This document shows, piece after piece, positions 1-9,361 of a stretch of 32,000 nucleotides of DNA. Source of the DNA: a cyanobacterium endosymbiont of Epithemia turgida isolate EtSB Lake Yunoko (GTDB lineage: Bacteria > Cyanobacteriota > Cyanobacteriia > Cyanobacteriales > Microcystaceae); the NCBI RefSeq assembly GCF_000829235.1, contig NZ_AP012549.1, positions 2,640,001 through 2,672,000 on the forward strand, given 5' to 3'. The notes beneath the pieces were generated by a model. The model saw only the letters and a list, made by a program, of their open reading frames with translations, did not search any database and had not been told where the DNA came from. The number at the start of each line of letters is the position of its first letter. The first letter of the stretch is position 1. The position numbers and the translations under genes were made by a program.

Positions 1-39
1 CAACTGGGTTTCCAGTCCAAACTCTAGTTCATTGGGTCT

Positions 40-1470
40 TAAATCAGTAGAAAATCAGCAAAATAAACTATAAAGTTTCGCTGCAGGGATTTTATAGTTT
101 ATTAGAAAATCTTTAAAGGAGTTTGTTACTAAATAAACTTCTTTAAAGACTTATTATTATTAATCTTGAAGGCGGCGGATACCAACCAATTGATAGCCTT
201 TATAAAGGAAAAGCAATCATTGAGAATGGAGCAATTTATGATTAGTCCCAACTGTTACCAGCATTACAGCAAAAATATCAGTTTTTAACTAAACGTGATA
301 CGGAAGCAAATAACTGCAATAAAAGAAATTAATAGAATGTTTGCCTTTGCCATCGTTGATAAAAATCTATTCATGGCTGCCTGTGATCCGATTGTAATCA
401 AACCCCTCATTATAGTATAAAAGACGGTAATTTTGGGTTTGCTTCTGAATTCAAAGCCATCACTAAATTTTGTGAGAAAGTGGAATAATTTCCTCCAGGT
501 TCCTTTTTCTCCTCAGAAACCGGATTTTCTAGTTATTATATATTACCGGATATTCTGCCTGAAATCGACGCCAAGCTAGATGATCTCATCAAAGAAATAC
601 AAAAAACCGTAACAGCTTCAGAAGGACTTGGTGATCTCAAAATAACTGAAGCTCCTTGCGATCTATATTTTTCATCCTACGGCTCATTGTCTCACTGATC
701 CCGAAAGGATTTAGTTAATTTATTATAAGATATTTGTCATCCTGGTAGACAGGGTAGTTTAGTTGTAATGGACTTAATTTGGAGATATTCGATAGAATGT
801 CCTGATTTTTGGGATGCTCAGTCGAAAGCGGAGAAATTACATGAGTATAATATGAATTATCTTTAGTCTGAACCATTCCGTCAAACCATAGATATTGAAT
901 CATTCCCGATTTGTTTTGGGATAGGAGAAGAGATCAGAGAGTTAACCCAAAAAATAAACGCTGACACAGGAATTAACCTTGAAGTAGTAAAACTAGTAGA
1001 TCGCTCTATTTTAGTAGGTCGTCATACCGATACTCGGGCATTTAATCCTAAACTTAACCCAAGTCGTCGGTTAATTAATTCTCTTCATGAAGATTATTTA
1101 CGAACCAACTTGGAAGAATTGATAGTTACTTAAATGTAACTGTTTTCCCCGATCATCAGTCTATCACTCCTTTGTCATATGAACTTATCAACTCTTGGAA
1201 TATTTTAATTAAGTTTACTCGGCATCGTTTGTCTCATAATTGTTCTCTTCCTGAACTTCATGGATGGATTTCCCAAACTTTTGCAATTTGCCTTAATGAC
1301 TATGGACCGGGTTATCTCAAACGTGGTTTGGGTGTGGTATTGTGATCCTCGAATATTATTGAACCCCAATTAGGGTATAGTGTACGCTCTTAGAACTTAC
1401 TTTAGAATATGAAATGCAACGAGGATGGGGTTCTGGTCATGGTTTGATTACGGTCCTTATAATTGGGTAA
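40..1470 (+). pseudogene. Asparagine synthetase (glutamine-hydrolysing, AsnB-type) pseudogene, broken by several frameshifts and in-frame stops and probably shortened by deletions
   Basis: Hand translation gives AsnB-like pieces in all three + frames: LIIINLEGGGYQPIDSLYKGKAIIENGAIYD* (from 150), KYQFLTKRDTEA, MFAFAIVDKNLFMAACDPIVIKPLIIV* (from 337), KDGNFGFASEFKAITKFCEKVE*FPPGSFF (from 420), SPDFWDAQSKAEKLHEYN (~798-866), LEYEMQRGWGSGHG (~1400-1440). These match remembered AsnB motifs (RLxIxD..GxQP, NGEIYN, MFAFALxD, FASExKAL, FPPG). No long + strand ORF survives. Confidence 0.7.
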
Positions 1471-1541
1471 TAGTTCATAGATAAAAGTAGAGTTTAATGA
1501 ATTATATTAAGCCCTACTTCAAATGGTTTATTCTTTATAAA

Positions 1542-2519
1542 TTAGTGGACAGGCATTGTATATTTGAAGTCCATTGATCCTTCATATCCAGAAACTTCAG
1601 CTAACTTTTTAGGAAGTTGGGTTCCTCGAAAAACTTGTCCTTTGATCTCCCAGGTAGGATAGGACTTAATACCAGCTGTAACGCAAGCCTGTGGGTCAGA
1701 ATTTTTCCCATTAGGAGAACATTCTATGTAATCAATTTCTTTAAAGGCTTCTTTGCCAAATAATTGCTTTTGTTCAAAACAGTGGGGACACCAAAACGTC
1801 CCATATTCTTTCGCGCCGATTGCCGTGAGATGTTTGGCCAAGGCAATTTCCGCTCCCCCTGATGTGGTGGTAATATTCCACCCATTGGGGGGTTGGGGTT
1901 GAGTATTCGGCACTGGGATGGGGGTACGACTGTCGGCGGTAGGTCCATTGACACCAGCATAGACTCCCAGAGTTCCTACAAGGGTGATCATAGCTACTAT
2001 TATAGGAATAAAAAAAATCTGACCAGTTTCTTCCCATTCTCGCCCTATAATAGTGAATCCCATCAAAAATAAAGAAAATATTGCTGAGCTAATGCAGTAA
2101 TAACATAGAGTTTGCAGTTTTGTCGCTAGAATATACATTAAATAGCCACTAAAGATAGCCATCGAAGTTCCCCCAGCCAACAGAAGTAACCAGGTCCAAT
2201 CTTCAAACTGTTTTCTAAGACGTTTATTATTATCAAGTTTGACAAATAGAGGTCCTAAAGAAAAGGTTACCATACTAATATACGCTAGAAATCCCAATAA
2301 ACTGAGAGGTAAACCAAAGACTGTAGCATAAGGACTATCCAGTACACTTTTACAACCTGTTGCTCCAGTTTTAGCAGCTTCTACCCCACAGGAAACCTCT
2401 CCTCCCATCAATTTAGTAATAGTTAAATAGGCAGTCAAAATAGCCCCAGCAACAGCGATCACTCCAATAATAGGACGTGACCAGCGATATATCCAAGGTA
2501 TAGAACGTCGGCGACTCAT
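1542..2519 (-). CDS. Vitamin K epoxide reductase (VKOR) homologue fused to a thioredoxin-like domain (cyanobacterial DsbAB-type disulfide oxidoreductase)
   Basis: 325-aa ORF. The N-terminal polytopic membrane part has a loop Cys pair (SCG...GCKSV) and a CYYC active site. The C-terminal soluble part has a WCPHC thioredoxin motif. This architecture matches known cyanobacterial VKOR-Trx fusions. Confidence 0.85.
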   Translation of the reverse strand: MSRRRSIPWIYRWSRPIIGVIAVAGAILTAYLTITKLMGGEVSCGVEAAKTGATGCKSVLDSPYATVFGLPLSLLGFLAYISMVTFSLGPLFVKLDNNKRLRKQFEDWTWLLLLAGGTSMAIFSGYLMYILATKLQTLCYYCISSAIFSLFLMGFTIIGREWEETGQIFFIPIIVAMITLVGTLGVYAGVNGPTADSRTPIPVPNTQPQPPNGWNITTTSGGAEIALAKHLTAIGAKEYGTFWCPHCFEQKQLFGKEAFKEIDYIECSPNGKNSDPQACVTAGIKSYPTWEIKGQVFRGTQLPKKLAEVSGYEGSMDFKYTMPVH

Positions 2520-2568
2520 AGTTAAGATGTGTTAAAATTCAGTCTGTATCAGTGATTTTAACAATATC

Positions 2569-3417
2569 CTATAGAGTCAATTTTAAAGAAGGCTTAGATT
2601 GTGACCTTTCTTTAGATACGTTGACTTGTTGTGCCGCTTCTACAAATTGGGCAACCCGAATAGGATCGATTGATTCTTTAATCCTACCGTTACGTTTTAG
2701 GGAACTAGCTACAATTACACCGTCAGCAACTTGCATTAATTGTCCGATATTGTCCCAATTTGCCCCACTGCCGATAAAAACAGGGGTTCCTTGGGCGGCG
2801 GCTGAGGCTAATTTTAAGTCTTCGAGACTAGGGGGACGTCCTGTTGCCCATCCTGATAAGATTATTCCGTCGGCTAACCCTCTTTCGAGGGTATCTTCAA
2901 CAGCGGTAGTTAAGTTTTGAATTCCTAAGTAACAGGCGTTTTCAACCAAGATATCGGCTAAAATTGCAACATCAGCCCCTAATTCACGTCGATAACGAAG
3001 TAATTTATGGGCATTGCCTTCAATTAATCCTTGATCGGTTGCTATAATTCCCGTGAGAACATTAACCCGAATAAATTGGGCGTTAATGGTGGAAGCGATT
3101 GCCATTGCCCCGATAGCGTCATTACGTAGGAGGTTAATCCCGACAGGAACGACTACTAAATTTTTAATACGATCAACGATCAAGGTCATGGCACTGATAA
3201 TAGCCGGATCAACTTGGTCTTTTGTAAAAGGAGCATCGAAAAAATTTTCGATGATAATACCATCTACTCCCCCGGCGACAAGGGCAGTTGCTTCTTGTTC
3301 AGCCCGTTCGAGCACTGAGGTCAAACTACCTCCCCAACGAGCGGAAGTGGGAAGGGGTAACAGGTGAACGACACCAATAACCGGATATGTTTTGTTGAAA
3401 ATTTGAGTCAAGTCCAC
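2569..3417 (-). CDS. btpA: BtpA family protein (photosystem I biogenesis protein BtpA / SgcQ family TIM barrel)
   Basis: 282-aa ORF with a GVVHLLPLP..RWGGS N-terminus, ALVAGGVDGIIIENFFDAPF, and a collinear remainder typical of BtpA. The start codon is GTG at 3417; an in-frame stop lies 21 nt (7 codons) upstream. Confidence 0.85.
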   Translation of the reverse strand: MDLTQIFNKTYPVIGVVHLLPLPTSARWGGSLTSVLERAEQEATALVAGGVDGIIIENFFDAPFTKDQVDPAIISAMTLIVDRIKNLVVVPVGINLLRNDAIGAMAIASTINAQFIRVNVLTGIIATDQGLIEGNAHKLLRYRRELGADVAILADILVENACYLGIQNLTTAVEDTLERGLADGIILSGWATGRPPSLEDLKLASAAAQGTPVFIGSGANWDNIGQLMQVADGVIVASSLKRNGRIKESIDPIRVAQFVEAAQQVNVSKERSQSKPSLKLTL

Positions 3418-3436
3418 TGAATCTACCTTGATGGTC

Positions 3437-4027
3437 GGCTACGGTTGATGCCGTTGCGAAATTGAGATCCGATAACAAATTGTATCGTAGTTGGTGAACC
3501 TCCGGCGAGAGAAGGATGAAGTAAAAGGATAGACCTTTTAACTTTTGTCTTAGTTATTTGAGATGTTGTGTAAATGTAACGATTTCACTGTCGAAACACT
3601 TCCAATTCCTCAATACTCTTAGTCCTTAATCTTTTTTAAAAATTAAATTTCCGGCTAACTTTTTGAAAATACTTAATTGTCACCTATGTTACTTTAGCGA
3701 GCCTAACGTTATAATGCGGTTAAATTGGTCATTTTTAAAGGCTAAAGTAACTATGCTCGAATCTCTGAAAATTTCATAGCACAGTTTACAGAAAACTAGA
3801 GAAGATTAAAAATCACAGAAAGAGACATTGTTTAATTGGGGAGTTTTCTTAGAAACCTGTCTCAAGTTGCTGATCATAGCATGAGAAAATTCCAGGTCAT
3901 CGGGAAAATGAGACACCCAACTATTCATTAAGTCCAGAATACGAGTTTGAGGTTTAAGACATTCTCGATATAGATTAGTTAGTTGCTCAATCAACCCTTT
4001 ATCGATATGGATAAAAAAGCCAAGCAA
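3437..4027 (-). pseudogene. Class I SAM-dependent methyltransferase pseudogene (family with the ILDLMSSWVSHLP motif); N-terminus lost, frameshift and stops in the C-terminal half
   Basis: The track ORF 3806..4027 reads FIHIDKGLIEQLTNLYRECLKPQTRILDLMNSWVSHFPDDLEF, matching the remembered FVTHID...ILDLMSSWVSHLP family. Downstream in another frame: AFKNDQFNRIITLGSLK*HR*QLSIFKKLAGNL (compare PFxDxSFDxVxxxxSVxYLxxPxxVFxEIxRVLKPGG), then GLSFYFILLSPEVHQLRYNLL to about 3437. Confidence 0.6.
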
Positions 4028-4071
4028 GGTATCAAAATTAGTGTTTTTGATACCTTGTCTGGCTTTTTTAT
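4011..4071. repeat. 27-nt-arm inverted repeat (25/27 complementary, 7-nt spacer) at the 5' truncation point of the methyltransferase pseudogene
   Basis: 4011-4037 ataaaaaagccaagcaaggtatcaaaa versus the reverse complement of 4045-4071, ataaaaaagccagacaaggtatcaaaa. The inner 13 bp (4025-4037 / 4045-4057) are perfect. The left arm is the first surviving codons of the pseudogene (GFFIH). Confidence 0.8.
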
Positions 4072-5364
4072 TGTTCAGACTATAACATTATCGATTATAG
4101 CCACGGATGGATTATTATTTAAAATAATTATTATTTTAAGCTAAATTTTTATATATCGTTTATTTTGTTATTTAGGTCACCTGATACAACTGGATCAGCT
4201 ACTTCCTTAGCCAGGATATTCTCTAATTGCACAGACTCATCAACCCCGTAAAATGACTACAGAACTAGAGATGATTTATACTTATAGTATAACGCATGCA
4301 TGCTTGCTTCTGGCTCCTATTTGAGGTGAACTAGGAACCTTGTCCAGACCACGACATTTTTAGTCAAAAATTTTTAAATTTGTATCATAATTATCTTGTA
4401 CTTTTGTATAACCAAACAGAAACTGAGAAAAATTAACTGAAAAGCTCATAGTTTATTTGTAAACATAATGAATATTTTTTTGTTGACAAGCTCATCCTAA
4501 TTCTAGCCATATTAGCTTATATTTAGATTAAATTAATTATACTTAAACTTACTTTTTTTAAAAAATATCCATAGTTATTAACTAAATTAATTTAATCTAA
4601 TTTTATTTTTAATACGATTATTTTTATAACTGAGCAGTAAAATTTATTTATAAAGATAGATATTGTACTTATTTTTTCTATGCCAAAAAGAGTCCGATTA
4701 ACTTAAATCAGTAAATTCTTAGTTATTTGATGGGTTTAAAATAACTTATTGACCAATTTTACTTTTATATTTTTTGCTTATATTGGTGTAATAATTATAT
4801 AAATTTATTTGATTTTTTAAAATCTAGCAAAATATTTCGTCTTTGACAAATTATTAATTACTATTATTTTGCTAATTCATTATATAATATGTATTTAATT
4901 TCTTTTTTATTTCGTAGAAAATTTACTTTAAAAGTCATTATATAAAAAGTATATAAGTTTAAAGTATTCCTGTTACTAGATAATATATTTATTCTGTTTA
5001 TTTAGCCATTAATAGCATAACAAGTATCGGTGATTATAATATTCAGTTTTCGTATAAATATACTATATATAATAATTATTATTTGAGCAGCATTGTATTT
5101 TTGTATATATATCTTTGTATTTTTACTGTTGACAATAATTTACATTTTTTTAATAAAAAAATATTTTTAAAATTACCTATAAAGATAGGATAATAATTTA
5201 AATAAACTTTACGAAACCTGTTTAAAAACCAGAGAATTTTTTTGAATATTTATTCTTATATTTTTCAAGCAAAAACATCTAACAAAAATATATAAATTTT
5301 ATCTAGTAATTGGTATAAAGTATCTCTACATATAAGTTATTTAAACATTGTTTTTAAATCTAAA

Positions 5365-5485
5365 AAGTTGCCTAATTATTGGTCAGTAAGATTAGTAAGT
5401 TATTTGTAATAAATTTTAAAGGAATAATAGTGTTCTAATAATTAACCTTATTTTTTAAAAAATAAGGTTAATTATTAGGCAACTT
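5365..5485. repeat. Nested inverted repeats: a perfect 44-nt palindrome (5435-5478) inside a 16-nt outer inverted repeat (5365-5380 / 5470-5485, 15/16)
   Basis: ctaataattaaccttatttttt|aaaaaataaggttaattattag was checked base by base: 22 bp perfect. The outer arms are aagttgcctaattatt and aattattaggcaactt. The outer right arm overlaps the palindrome's right arm, so the two pairings compete. Confidence 0.85.
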
Positions 5486-5518
5486 ATGACATATTCAATA
5501 GCTATTAACAAGCTCATT

Positions 5519-5563
5519 CGCAGACTAACGTAGATATATAAATAATATCTACGTTAGTCTGCG
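5519..5563. repeat. Perfect 19-bp stem / 7-nt loop hairpin with a G/C-containing stem, inside desert 1
   Basis: cgcagactaacgtagatat - ataaata - atatctacgttagtctgcg, with all 19 pairs verified. 8 of the 19 pairs are G:C, against about 13% GC in the surrounding DNA. Confidence 0.9.
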
Positions 5564-6114
5564 ACTATAAATCTATTCTTTTAGAGGTAATTATTTTAGA
5601 TATATTTTAAACTAAAAATTCAGCTAATTTAATAGCTATGAAATTGATTAATACGACCAAGTAATACGTAATTTATCAATGATGATGAGCAATATATTGA
5701 TTATTATATAAAACAACATTAGAGATAATTTATATTTATTTTAAAGTTTCTAATATAACAATAAATTTACCACAATATAAACCCTATAAAATGTAATAAA
5801 AGGTTGTTCAAAAACAAGTAATATGAGTTTCAACCAGTTGATTTTTTTGAATAAAGTTAAAATATCTGTTACAACTTGAGTTAACTGATAGTTATAGTGA
5901 GTGAAATCTCAGATCAGTACTGGCAACATAATGCACTTCTGTGAAGTCATAGCCAGTCTATAATTTGTTATCTAAATTTGTGTTTAATTTACTTCTTCAA
6001 GTGATTTAAGGAAATAAAAATTAATGTTAATTTTTACTCTAGTTATTTTAGAATATAACTGTATAATCTAGAAATTATTCAGGTAAATAATATTAACTAA
6101 TAATCAAAAGTATA

Positions 6115-7347
6115 ATGGCAATTTTAATGGTAAGTAACGGTCACGGAGAAGATGTAATTGCAGCTTGTATTGCTGAACAATTACGAGATCTATCTGATGC
6201 GCCTCAAATAGCAGCTTTTCCCCTAGTGGGAGAAGGATATGCCTACAAAAATTGTAATATTCCTATTATTGGGAATGTTCAAAAGATGCCATCAGGAGGG
6301 TTTAATAAAAATCCAAAACATCTACTACAAGATATTAGTGGAGGACTAATTAAATTGACTTTTGATCAGTATAAAAATATTCGTCAATGGGGAAACAATG
6401 GGGGTCAAATTATAGCAGTTGGGGATTTAGTTCCCTTACTTTTTGCGTGGTTGAGTGGGGCAGATTATGGATTTGTTGGAACCGCTAAATCAGAATATTA
6501 TTTACGGGATGAAAAAGGTTGGTTGCCTCAAACTTCTTGGTTAGCACGTTGGTTTGGATCGATGTATTTTCCTTGGGAATGTTGGTTAATGAGTCATCCC
6601 CGATGTCGGGGGGTTTTTCCCCGAGACCGATTGACCTCCAAAATTTTAGAGCAATGGCCAATACGAATTTTTGATTTAGGTAACCCTATGATGGATGGTT
6701 TTGAGTCGAATCCAACAGTTAATTTAAACCTGAGATATGATTCATTAACCATAGTGTTACTCCCTGGTTCAAGAAGTCCGGAAGCACAACAGAACTGGGA
6801 AATCATTCTGGAAGCAATTCAAGAAATAATAAAAGAAAAAAATAAAAATACTTTTACTTTTTTAGGAGCAATTTCTCCCGCTCTAAATCTAGAAAATTTT
6901 ATTCAGTTTTTAGTTTTTATGGGTTGGATTTTTCAACCCATAAAAACTAGCAAATTTGCTTTAAATGATCCTCATAGATTAGTTTTTAATCAACGCCAGA
7001 CTACCCTCATATTAACTCAACATTCCTATAAAGATTGTTTGCAAATGGCTGATATAGCGATCTCTATGGCCGGAACAGCAACAGAGCAATTTGTTGGATT
7101 AGGTAAACCAGCAATTACTATCCCTGGAAATGGACCGCAATTTACTCTAAATTTTGCTAAAAAACAAACCTATCTTTTAGGAGAATCAGTTAGTTTAGTT
7201 GACCATCCGCAACAAGTACCAACTGTTATTAATTCTTTATTAAGAAATCCTCAAAAACTACAGCGCATTGCCGATAATGGACGCAGAAGACTTGGGACAT
7301 CGGGATCTGCTAAACGAATTGCTCAATGTTTAAGAGACTGTTTTTGA
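6115..7347 (+). CDS. Lipid-A-disaccharide-synthase-related protein (cyanobacterial TIGR03492-like family; function unknown)
   Basis: 410-aa ORF with SNGHGEDVIA, PLVGEGYAY, MPSGGF, AVGDLVPLLFAWLSG..FVGTAKSEYY, FDLGNPMMDG. This matches my memory of the conserved cyanobacterial LpxB-related family. Confidence 0.65.
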   Translation: MAILMVSNGHGEDVIAACIAEQLRDLSDAPQIAAFPLVGEGYAYKNCNIPIIGNVQKMPSGGFNKNPKHLLQDISGGLIKLTFDQYKNIRQWGNNGGQIIAVGDLVPLLFAWLSGADYGFVGTAKSEYYLRDEKGWLPQTSWLARWFGSMYFPWECWLMSHPRCRGVFPRDRLTSKILEQWPIRIFDLGNPMMDGFESNPTVNLNLRYDSLTIVLLPGSRSPEAQQNWEIILEAIQEIIKEKNKNTFTFLGAISPALNLENFIQFLVFMGWIFQPIKTSKFALNDPHRLVFNQRQTTLILTQHSYKDCLQMADIAISMAGTATEQFVGLGKPAITIPGNGPQFTLNFAKKQTYLLGESVSLVDHPQQVPTVINSLLRNPQKLQRIADNGRRRLGTSGSAKRIAQCLRDCF

Positions 7348-7497
7348 GTGGTCGCAATGTGTGTGGTGCGGAAATGGTTTTGAAGCTCCACAATTTGCAG
7401 AAATTATTTTATTTTGTGAACCTTTATGTCTAATTATCTTCCTGGAATAGGACAATGAGATAAGCGAATAAGTAAATATACTACGAAAAATATACTT

Positions 7498-7800
7498 ATG
7501 GTGAGTGAGAAGTTTCAGACGACAGCCTCTCTGTCGAGTCGGGAGATGGAAATTCTCGAACTCGTAGCCACTGGTTTAAGCAATCTCGAAATTGCAAAGA
7601 AGCTCGAAATTAGTAAACGAACCGTCGATAATCATATTAGTAATACTTTAACAAAAACAAAGACAGAAAACAGAGTGGAACTGTTGCGCTGGGCGTTACA
7701 GTGGGGCAAGGTCTGTCTTGACGATGTTAACTGCTGTTCCTTACCCTTACCTATATCCCATCAAGCAAATGTGATTGACATTAACGAAGTGGTCTCCTAA
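7498..7800 (+). CDS. Small LuxR/GerE-type HTH transcriptional regulator, PedR (Ssl0564)-like
   Basis: 100-aa ORF consisting of a GerE HTH (LSSREMEILELVATGLSNLEIAKKLEISKRTVDNHISNTLTKT) and a short C-terminal tail with Cys73, Cys79 and Cys80 (VCLDDVNCC). There is no receiver or ligand domain. Confidence 0.7.
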   Translation: MVSEKFQTTASLSSREMEILELVATGLSNLEIAKKLEISKRTVDNHISNTLTKTKTENRVELLRWALQWGKVCLDDVNCCSLPLPISHQANVIDINEVVS

Positions 7801-8382
7801 CACCTTTAATAGATGGTTGAAAGTATAGTTAGCATATTGATCTTGAGTTTAAGTCGCTCTTAACAAAGAAATTTTGCTATCCTACCAAAACAAAACTTAA
7901 AAGTAGGTTTAAATACACGGACAGCAGAAGAATACTCTCCTTTTTGCTACGATTTGCTACGATGGCCAATATTTAGTGTTTGCTTCAGACATACGAGGAA
8001 AAAGAAGGAACTGAATTTATGATTTTCGAGTTTATTGTCTTCTACCTTTCCCAGGATTAAATAAGCTAAGAAGTAGTTAGGATAAACCTAATATTAGTTT
8101 GTATGGACGTTATATTGTTTATATTTCTGAGGAATAAAGTAACCCCTAATTTTTTGTTTATAATTGCCAGATATTTCATGCTAAAAAATTACCAACAACT
8201 GCTTGTGAGAGGTGCTTAGTATGAATATTAGTGGAAATGGTCTTCTTATTTATTTTTAATTAAACTGAAGGAGACAATGGAATATTGTGATTTATGGTCG
8301 GGGATTAAATACCTCTTTATCTCTTCCTAATCGGTTATTTACAAATGCTCACTAAACCCTAAATTAATTCACAAATAACTTA

Positions 8383-9288
8383 TTATTTTTGTTGTAGCCT
8401 TTCTAAGGCTTGTTTTACTCTTTCTGGAGCTTTTTTCATCATCTCATTAAAGTTATCTAAGATTTCCCCAGGATAATTTTCTAAGACTTTAGTGGATAAG
8501 GAAATACGGCCTTTGTATTCATCAATATTGAGAACAACCACCTGAATTTCTTGGCCAAACTTAAACAGTGTATTTAAAGAATCAACCCGTAAACCACTAA
8601 TTTGTGTAATATGTAGTAATCCTGTTACTCCATTTAAATCTACGAATATTCCATAGGGTTGGATTCTAGCTACCTTTCCAGCGACTAACGTTCCTACCGT
8701 AATTTTATTTATTTGTTCTGCCATAATGGCACGGCGTTGGGACAAGACTAATTTATTATTCTCCTGATTAACTTCCAAAAAATTAGCAGTTAAAGACTTA
8801 CCCACTAAAGACTCTAAATCCTCTTTTTCGAGAAGATGTGATCGCGGAATAAACCCTCGTAACCCTTCAACCTTACCGATGACTCCCCCTTTATTGGTTT
8901 GAGTCACGAGCATTTGAACCGTTTGTCCAGTCTTAACCAATTCTGCTACATAATCCCAAGCTTGTTGTAATTGAAGTTGACGGGCAGAAAGTTTAACTTG
9001 ACCTTCAGCATTTTGATCACTGATAATCAAAAACTGACATTCTTCATTTAAAGGAAGAACCTCAACTAAATCAGAGGTTGAGTCTAAAGCGGCTTCTTTG
9101 AAGGAAACAAATCCCGTAGACTTGCCTCCGATATCAATATAAGCCCCATCAGAGGTGTGTTGAAGCACGCTTCCACTAACGATTTGCCCTTTTTCAAAGG
9201 TATAATCGTGCTGCTCTAGAGCTTTAGCAAAGTCATCTATAGAAAAGCTGATCTTGGATGATTTAGAGGGGATAGATTCTGGAGTCAT
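8383..9288 (-). CDS. S1 RNA-binding-domain protein (30S ribosomal protein S1 homologue, Rps1b/Nbp1-like)
   Basis: Repeated S1 motifs (GQIVSGSV..GAYIDIGGKSTGFV; GQTVQMLV..GGVIGKVEGLRGFIP; GTLVAGKV..YGIFVDLNGVTGLLHISQ-like). I place the start at the ATG at 9288 (MTPESIPSK...). The track's 23-aa extension MGCCCHRDD... looks spurious. Confidence 0.8.
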   Translation of the reverse strand: MTPESIPSKSSKISFSIDDFAKALEQHDYTFEKGQIVSGSVLQHTSDGAYIDIGGKSTGFVSFKEAALDSTSDLVEVLPLNEECQFLIISDQNAEGQVKLSARQLQLQQAWDYVAELVKTGQTVQMLVTQTNKGGVIGKVEGLRGFIPRSHLLEKEDLESLVGKSLTANFLEVNQENNKLVLSQRRAIMAEQINKITVGTLVAGKVARIQPYGIFVDLNGVTGLLHITQISGLRVDSLNTLFKFGQEIQVVVLNIDEYKGRISLSTKVLENYPGEILDNFNEMMKKAPERVKQALERLQQK

Positions 9289-9361
9289 GGTGATTAAATG
9301 AACAAGGAAAAGCAATAAACAGTCAGTTAGGTCATCGCGGTGACAACAACAACCCACTGAT

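Larger units (their letters stand above)
4072..6114. other. About 2.0 kb ORF-free, extremely AT-rich block (desert 1)
   Basis: No ORF of 60 aa or more in any frame. A hand count of line 5101-5160 gives 8 G/C in 60 nt. Only 4180-4340 is moderately GC-containing, with the short - strand reading FYGVDESVQLENILAKEVADPVVSGD of unknown affinity. Confidence 0.8.

Noticed and set aside
715-903. 62-aa - strand ORF
   Set aside because: It lies antisense within the AsnB pseudogene. The + strand here still carries AsnB-like sequence (SPDFWDAQSKAEKLHEYN), and the ORF itself has no recognisable family.
1724-3367. ORFs 1724..1960, 1774..2037 (-), 2552..2920 and 3053..3367 (+)
   Set aside because: They are alternative-frame or antisense overlaps of the well-supported VKOR and btpA genes, with no recognisable motifs.
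4523-4600. 16-bp perfect inverted repeat ttagattaaattaatt / aattaatttaatctaa, 46 nt apart
   Set aside because: It is almost pure A/T. In 2 kb of about 87% AT sequence, a match of this length is expected by chance on a rough estimate.
6594-6806. 70-aa - strand ORF; the same applies to 11614..11814, 12043..12273, 22419..22634, 22631..22834, 12983..13189 and 13343..13561
   Set aside because: They are antisense to supported genes or pseudogenes and lack motifs, so they are treated as chance ORFs.
7334-7432. Open frame reading EWSQCVWCGNGFEAPQFAEIILFCEPLC (CxxC...CxxxC, zinc-ribbon-like) right after the TIGR03492-like gene
   Set aside because: The frame opens at 7334 and has no usable start codon before the first CxxC, and it is only about 30 codons long. 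It may be a remnant of a small zinc-ribbon gene, but this is unsupported.
7943-7962. Tandem tttgctacga x2
   Set aside because: It is only 10 bp x2 in a non-coding stretch with no associated gene context, and is most likely a trivial slippage duplication.
9289-9357. N-terminal extension MGCCCHRDDLTDCLLLFLVHLIT of the S1-domain ORF
   Set aside because: The homologues I remember start near MTPES..., and the extension is Cys-rich nonsense. The ATG at 9288 is preferred.
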